In this document: positions 49,296 through 54,506 of the stretch, in pieces
Numbering within the stretch: position 1 is the stretch's first letter
How the letters are laid out: each line of letters opens with the position of its first letter
Source of the DNA: Desulfobacterales bacterium
Lineage (GTDB): Bacteria; Desulfobacterota; Desulfobacteria; Desulfobacterales; C00003060
Assembly: GCA_013375395.1 (NCBI GenBank)
Contig: JABXJW010000003.1
Span: forward strand, 1-54,506
DNA length: 54,506 bases
Reading direction: 5' to 3'
Program-made: the position numbers and the translations under genes
Notes under the pieces: generated by a model
Seen by the model: only the letters and a program-made list of their open reading frames with translations
Databases searched by the model: none
Told to the model about the DNA's origin: nothing

Positions 49296-50072
49296 ATGAA
49301 AGTCTTTAAATCTTGGCAAAGCTATTCTCGATATGTGAGGGCGTTGAAACATACCTACAGGTACATTCACACACCTGAAGTTGAAGTTTTTCTTCAGACT
49401 GTCTTAGAGACAGCAGAGGAACGAGTCGAAAGCATACCGAAAGATAGTGTTTTATGGAGAGCGCAACTTGGTCATGGTTGGCGGTTTGAGAACGAGGAGG
49501 TTGGTGAGGTGCCTGCTCCATACGAGCCAGAGCGGATGTGCCCAAGACCCGGACGAGCCACGGAAGGTCGTGCAAACCCAAAAGGAATACCTTACCTGTA
49601 TCTGGCCTCAAATCGCGAAACTGCACTTGCAGAGGCAAGACCTTGGATGGGGTCTCAAGTTTCAGTGGGGCAGTTCAAAATACTTCGGAAGCTCAAGGTT
49701 GTGAATTGCACTACCGAAAGAAAGGGCCTTATAATTTATTTTAAAGAACCACCTCCAAAAAAACGTGAAGAGGCTGTTTGGACTGATATTGACAAAGCCT
49801 TTGCAAAACCTGTCACTCCCACCGACGATGCAGCAGATTATGTGCCCACTCAGGTTCTATCTGAGTTTTTAAAAGCAAATGGCTATGACGGCATCGGGTA
49901 CCGGAGTTCTTTAGGGAATGGATATAATATCGCACTTTTCGATATCCATTCTGCAGAAATTATCAATTGTTTTCTTTTCGGAGTGAGTGGAATTAATTTT
50001 GATTTCTCTGAGATTGCTAATCCATATTATCTTACGAAACACTATAAAAAAAAGAAAGGTAAAGGCGCTTAA
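49296..50072 (+). CDS. RES-domain protein (NAD+ phosphorylase-like)
   Basis: 'LWRAQ', 'EGRANPKGIPYLYLA', 'TALAEARP', 'YVPTQ.LSE', 'DGIGYRSS'. Confidence 0.9.
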   Translation: MKVFKSWQSYSRYVRALKHTYRYIHTPEVEVFLQTVLETAEERVESIPKDSVLWRAQLGHGWRFENEEVGEVPAPYEPERMCPRPGRATEGRANPKGIPYLYLASNRETALAEARPWMGSQVSVGQFKILRKLKVVNCTTERKGLIIYFKEPPPKKREEAVWTDIDKAFAKPVTPTDDAADYVPTQVLSEFLKANGYDGIGYRSSLGNGYNIALFDIHSAEIINCFLFGVSGINFDFSEIANPYYLTKHYKKKKGKGA

Positions 50073-50081
50073 CCTTGGGCT

Positions 50082-50198
50082 GGGCGGGTATTGGGGACGT
50101 TGTCAACATTTAAACTTTGGGTTGCTATTAGGGAACTATTAGGGGACCTTGCTTTATGTTGCTGATGATTGATAACTTTAAATGTTGAGAATGTCCCT
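50082..50198. mobile_element. MITE-like element family C, copy 2
   Basis: Direct near-identical copy of 43273-43389. Confidence 0.85.
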
Positions 50199-50527
50199 CA
50201 TGTCAGACCTACCCCTTATAATCCTTCAGATAGATGCTGCAATTCCCCCTGATTTCCATCCTGTCCTCCATAGTAAAAGCCTCAGTCCTTTCCCCGAAGA
50301 ATAGCTGCAGCACGTGATTTGCTTCAAGATTTGAACGGGCAGGACTACAAGATGGACCAATCGCGAAAATGAAGCATCTAAAAAAGACTTGAAAAGATCC
50401 CGCAGAAACTGCAAAAAGGATAGTTTCCCTCGAAGAATCTTAATCGCATACTGTCGATTGAAGATTTTGTGTTTGAGTGTCTGATATGATGGCAACTAAC
50501 GAGAATTCCTATAATAGAAAGTAAATT

Positions 50528-52381
50528 ATGCGACTCTCTCAACAACAGAAGGATGCTATAGAATACAGCGGCTCTCCGGCCTTGGTTGTTGCCGGCGCCG
50601 GCGCCGGCAAGACACGGACATTGACCGCCAAGATAGTCCAACTTGTCTCCAAGGGCTATGATCCTGAACGTATTCTTGCGATTACGTTCACGAACAAATC
50701 TGCAAACGAGATGAAAGGCCGCCTGGTTCATATGGCCGGACTGCCATTGAATCGTTTCCCGTGGGTCCGCACGTTTCACTCCGCATGTTTCAGGATATTG
50801 AAAGATCATTGTTCCCGGTTGGGATACAGTTCGCCTCTTCAGATCTATGCCGAGTATCAGCAGCAAAAGACCGTCAAAGAAATTATTAGCCGGTTAAATT
50901 TCGACAAGAAATACGTTCCGGCAGTATTGGCCCATATCTCCTATGCCAAAAATTCCGGCAACCCTATGGCATATTTTGACCGGAAACCCCGCGTTTCTCA
51001 TATCAGGTTGTCAGACGTCTTCGATACTTACCAAAAAGAGCTGCGTTCAAGAAACGCTCTCGATTTTGACGATATTTTGCTTCTGACCCGCAACCTGCTT
51101 CGGGATCACAAAGACCTGAAAAAGCAGTATCAAAGGCTTTTCCAGTTTGTTCTTGTCGATGAATATCAGGATACCAATGATCTTCAGGAAGAGCTGACCG
51201 GGCTGCTTTTGCACGATGGAAACCTTTTCTGCGTCGGCGATGACTGGCAGGCGATTTACGGGTTCCGGGGAAGCAACGTGAACAACTTCCTGTCGTTTGC
51301 GGAAAAGTACCATGGGGCCAAAATCTTCCGGCTCGAACAAAACTATCGTTCGGCAGACGAGATTGTGCAGGTTGCCAACGACTTGATCGGATATAACGAC
51401 GATAAAATGGAAAAAAGATGCTTTTCGGAAAAGCGTGGGGGTGTTGTGGACCTTCACGATTTTTATGATGAAAGAGAAGAGGCAAGATGGGTTGCCGGAA
51501 AGATTCAAGCCCTTCGGGATACGGGCATTGCCTACGATAAGATGGCTGTTTTGTACCGGACCAAGTTTTGTTCTCTATCCTTTGAGCAGGCTTTCCGATC
51601 TGCCGGTCTTCCATATCGAATGATTGGCTCCAAGGGCTTTTTTGAGCGAAAAGAGGTCCTTGATATCAATTGCTATCTTACAGCAGCGGCTTTCCCCAAA
51701 GACGATGTTGCTTTTGAACGAATCGTCAATGTCCCGAAACGCGGGATCGGTCCGGCAATGCTCAAAAAGATCGGCCAAGTGCGATCAGAGGACATGGGCC
51801 TCCAAGACGCTACGCGCAAGGTCCTAAGTGAAAAGATCCTGACGCCGAAGGTCTACAGCTCTCTTAGCCAGGTGCTTCAGTGCCTTGATGACATTAAGGA
51901 TCAAAAACCTGATGCTGCGATGCACGAGGTGTTATCCAGGTTCAAGTATTTCGACTATCTCAAACAGTATTCAAAGGCCGATTCCATGGATTATACGTCA
52001 AGGGTGGAAAACATCGAACAGTTAATCTATTCGGCCTCGCAGAAAGAGACCATTGTCGACTACCTGGAAGAAGCGGCCCTGGTTAAAGAGGACAAAGAAG
52101 ACGAATCCGAGAAGAGTTTTGGCGTAAACCTTTCGACGGTGCATGCCAGCAAGGGCTTGGAATACCTTGTGGTCTTTGTTGTTGCATGTGAGGAAGAGCT
52201 TTTCCCACACTGGAAATCCAAGGATTCCGATACGGGGCTGCAGGAAGAAAGACGGCTGATGTATGTTGCAGTATCGAGGGCCGAACGATATCTCTTTTTG
52301 AGTTGTGCCAACTTCAGAAAAGGCCAATACAATCAACGAAGTCGATTTCTGGATGAGATCGCAGAATCGTTGGGCTTGTAG
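50528..52381 (+). CDS. ATP-dependent DNA helicase, UvrD/PcrA family
   Basis: 'VAGAGAGKT', 'ITFTNK', 'LVDEYQDTN', 'VGDDWQAIYGFRG', 'LEQNYRS', 'HASKGLEY', 'EERRLMYVAVSRA'. Confidence 0.95.
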   Translation: MRLSQQQKDAIEYSGSPALVVAGAGAGKTRTLTAKIVQLVSKGYDPERILAITFTNKSANEMKGRLVHMAGLPLNRFPWVRTFHSACFRILKDHCSRLGYSSPLQIYAEYQQQKTVKEIISRLNFDKKYVPAVLAHISYAKNSGNPMAYFDRKPRVSHIRLSDVFDTYQKELRSRNALDFDDILLLTRNLLRDHKDLKKQYQRLFQFVLVDEYQDTNDLQEELTGLLLHDGNLFCVGDDWQAIYGFRGSNVNNFLSFAEKYHGAKIFRLEQNYRSADEIVQVANDLIGYNDDKMEKRCFSEKRGGVVDLHDFYDEREEARWVAGKIQALRDTGIAYDKMAVLYRTKFCSLSFEQAFRSAGLPYRMIGSKGFFERKEVLDINCYLTAAAFPKDDVAFERIVNVPKRGIGPAMLKKIGQVRSEDMGLQDATRKVLSEKILTPKVYSSLSQVLQCLDDIKDQKPDAAMHEVLSRFKYFDYLKQYSKADSMDYTSRVENIEQLIYSASQKETIVDYLEEAALVKEDKEDESEKSFGVNLSTVHASKGLEYLVVFVVACEEELFPHWKSKDSDTGLQEERRLMYVAVSRAERYLFLSCANFRKGQYNQRSRFLDEIAESLGL

Positions 52382-52431
52382 CAGTTGTGGCCGTTCACCG
52401 GTTCAGAGTTCACCGTTGAGGGTTATTGCGC

Positions 52432-52471
52432 TTTTGTCATGGGAAACAGGCAATTACAACTCGAAATTCCG
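52432..52471 (+). repeat. ~40-bp direct repeat, copy 1
   Basis: TTTTGTCATGGGAAACAGGCAATTACAACTCGAAATTCCG vs 54466-54505. Confidence 0.75.
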
Positions 52472-52815
52472 GGTCGGAAATGCGGGCTGCGTAGTGGGAA
52501 TGGGGCCACGCCAACCTGCTGACATTGCATAAGAAACGGCCAGAATTTGTGCCATATAAGCCTGTGAATTCAAAATGTCATTTTGGGGCTAAAATCATCC
52601 TTTTAAGAAAAGTGAAGATCTGGGGTCACCCATTGGCCTCCCCCAAGAACCGGTCTCAAGCTGCTTCCAGACCACGAGATCAGGATACTCTGTATGGTGT
52701 GCGCGGTGATTCGGAAATATCGGTACCACTAAAGCAATCCCTATCCTCTCCAAATCCCTTGACAAATCAAGTCCTTAAAGCTAACCTCCCCAAAAGATCA
52801 AAAAAGGAGTGCGCT

Positions 52816-53106
52816 ATGAGCCTCACCAAAGCCGACATTATTGATGCCGTCCGTACTAACCTTGGCCATTCCAAGGCACAGTCCGCCAAACTTGTCGAAT
52901 CCCTCCTGGAAATCATGAAGAGAACCATGGCAAATGGCGAGGATGTCCTTATCAGCGGCTTCGGGAAGTTCTGCGTCAATGAAAAGAAGGAACGCAGAGG
53001 CAGGAACCCCCAGACCAAAGAGGACATGATGCTGAGACCGAGGAGGGTGGTCACTTTCAAGTGCTCCGGGGTTTTGAGGGATAGGATCAATCTGTCATCA
53101 CGTTAA
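52816..53106 (+). CDS. ihfA: Integration host factor alpha-like subunit
   Basis: 'MSLTKADII', 'GEDVLISGFGKF', 'RRGRNPQT', 'RRVVTFKCSGVLRDRIN'; AAGGAG RBS. Confidence 0.9.
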   Translation: MSLTKADIIDAVRTNLGHSKAQSAKLVESLLEIMKRTMANGEDVLISGFGKFCVNEKKERRGRNPQTKEDMMLRPRRVVTFKCSGVLRDRINLSSR

Positions 53107-53205
53107 AAGGACCTCCGTCTCGTGAGCCGCCACGAAAGACCGCAAAGAGATACGCCTCTTAAGTCATTCAATACTATCCTCATTGTCTCAACCGCGTGCT
53201 TAAAG

Positions 53206-54408
53206 TCAGGGCAGCGGCAGCCGCAGCCAAAGGGGCATGTGGTCACTGACCTTGTGCTCAAATCGCGCCAGGAATTCGCCCTTCTTGTCGGGCGACAATT
53301 GATCAAGAGATTGGTTGTTTAGGGCATCGCTGAACAGGTTTGCAAAGTCAAACACGCCGTAGTCAGGGCCGCGGGGGTCCTGCCCTATGGTTGCGTTATC
53401 CAGGTAGGTGGGCAAGCGCTGGTCCCGGCAAAATAGACCGATCTGGTCGAAAGTTTGATCCAGGCGGGCATTGGTTCGGAATACCTTATTTCGGCCTGGA
53501 TAAGGATCCAAAAAAGGGAAGTTCACGTTCACATCGTCTTCCGTATCACCATTGAACGTCTTCATGTGCTTTTCGATGCGTTTCCGGTCGGTCCGGGGAT
53601 TGTCGAAATCCAGGTTGAGGTCACCCAGAAGAATAAAATTTGGATAGTAGGCCCTGTCGTGCTCCCTCACGCGGGCGAGGATCCACTCCATCAGCGCGTC
53701 AAACTCCTGGCGGCGGTCTGCCATGTAATCCCCGAAATAGAGGTGCGCGTTGATCGCCATGAACTGGTAAGGTTCGGTACCGGGGTGGCCGCTTATTTCG
53801 AAACTCACGCAGAACGGCGTGCGGATGAATGTGAGGAAGGTTGGCATTTTCGCCTTGAATCTGGGCCTCTTTGGCCTGGTACGGCGATTGCCGGCCTTGT
53901 ACTCTTCCAGTCTGGCAAGGTAATTGTCTAACTTTTTGGCATAAGGTGCCATTGCTTCGTAGATCTCGTCGTTATACCGGCCAAGAGTGTTTAGCACCTT
54001 GGACCGGTCATAGGATATGTCCGTGGCAATCTCTGTGCGGCGGACAACCGAACGGCTGAAAATGAAGCCCAAACGCTCACCAAGGCCTGGTTCTCCCGGA
54101 AAAGCACCGGTCTTGTCGGACACGATCATGCCGAACTCAGGCCCCATCAGGCCCTGCAGTTTCCGCAGGCCGCTCAGATCATCCATAATCTCCTGCACGG
54201 CCAGCAAATCGAATCGCCTGCACACGTCTGCGAGAAACTTCCAGGTGTCGTTGTTGCGGCTTGTAGCCGAGCCGAGTTTCCGGATGTTGAAAGAGGTCAG
54301 CATAACCGATCCATACACCCGCTCCGGCAACCCGTACCGTGCCGGATCAGCTTCCAGCGTCTCCCAAATCTTCTTCCATTCGCTATGCGTGAAGACTTTT
54401 GCCGCCAT
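53206..54408 (-). CDS. Endonuclease/exonuclease/phosphatase (DNase I-like) family protein
   Basis: 'SFNIR', 'LAVQEI', 'NAHLYFG', 'LGDLN', 'TFDQI', 'VSDHMPLW'. Confidence 0.9.
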   Translation of the reverse strand: MAAKVFTHSEWKKIWETLEADPARYGLPERVYGSVMLTSFNIRKLGSATSRNNDTWKFLADVCRRFDLLAVQEIMDDLSGLRKLQGLMGPEFGMIVSDKTGAFPGEPGLGERLGFIFSRSVVRRTEIATDISYDRSKVLNTLGRYNDEIYEAMAPYAKKLDNYLARLEEYKAGNRRTRPKRPRFKAKMPTFLTFIRTPFCVSFEISGHPGTEPYQFMAINAHLYFGDYMADRRQEFDALMEWILARVREHDRAYYPNFILLGDLNLDFDNPRTDRKRIEKHMKTFNGDTEDDVNVNFPFLDPYPGRNKVFRTNARLDQTFDQIGLFCRDQRLPTYLDNATIGQDPRGPDYGVFDFANLFSDALNNQSLDQLSPDKKGEFLARFEHKVSDHMPLWLRLPLP

Positions 54409-54465
54409 CACCTGATCCTTTCCTTTTTAAGTGGCGTAGCCGCGTTGTATAAAATCGTGCAACGA

Positions 54466-54505
54466 TTTTATCATGGGAAACAGCTCCTTACAACTCGAAA
54501 TTCCG
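54466..54505 (+). repeat. ~40-bp direct repeat, copy 2 (at window edge)
   Basis: TTTTATCATGGGAAACAGCTCCTTACAACTCGAAATTCCG. Confidence 0.75.
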
Positions 54506-54506
54506 C

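Noticed and set aside
50378-52336. Long antisense ORFs over the UvrD gene (and similar shadow ORFs elsewhere)
   Set aside because: They overlap well-supported genes on the opposite strand and contain no recognisable motifs
52525-52815. N-terminal extension of IHF in the 193-aa ORF
   Set aside because: A strong RBS and canonical IHF start lie at 52816; the upstream part has no recognisable features
1-54506. tRNA, rRNA or integrase genes
   Set aside because: None recognised by eye; tRNAscan-SE and an HMM search would be needed to exclude them formally

Overview
This window looks like an accessory region of a deltaproteobacterial-type (Desulfobacterota-like) genome; the taxonomy is inferred from protein style only. 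It opens with the tail of an F-type conjugation cluster (traU 3' end, trbC, S26 peptidase, traF, traN) that stops abruptly at about 5.55 kb. A long defence island follows. The first part holds a decayed toxin-antitoxin pair, a ParA-like ATPase plus RelA/SpoT-domain pair, a PIN protein, DUF262-HNH and a DUF4062 ATP-binding protein. The core is a DNA-phosphorothioation locus: dndBCDE on the minus strand converging on a PbeABCD-like operon. That operon is headed by a 1172-aa protein with three RNAP alpha-CTD repeats and a sigma70 region-4 HTH, and is followed by a HEPN-like / MORC-GHKL ATPase / methyltransferase triad. A PT-binding SBD-HNH nuclease sits divergently next to dndB. Further right are a Fic gene preceded by a strict 24-bp-period array, a DUF488/BrxL deletion chimera, a PHP-ATPase (Ppl-like), an SF1 helicase, a GIY-YIG-like/AbiV fusion, TIR and RES genes with an attC site, a UvrD/PcrA helicase, IHF and an EEP nuclease. 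Several families of small structured non-coding elements occur in two copies each. One family interrupts both trbC and an HU gene, and its precise removal restores both reading frames. All family assignments come from motif recognition by eye; no database searches were run.
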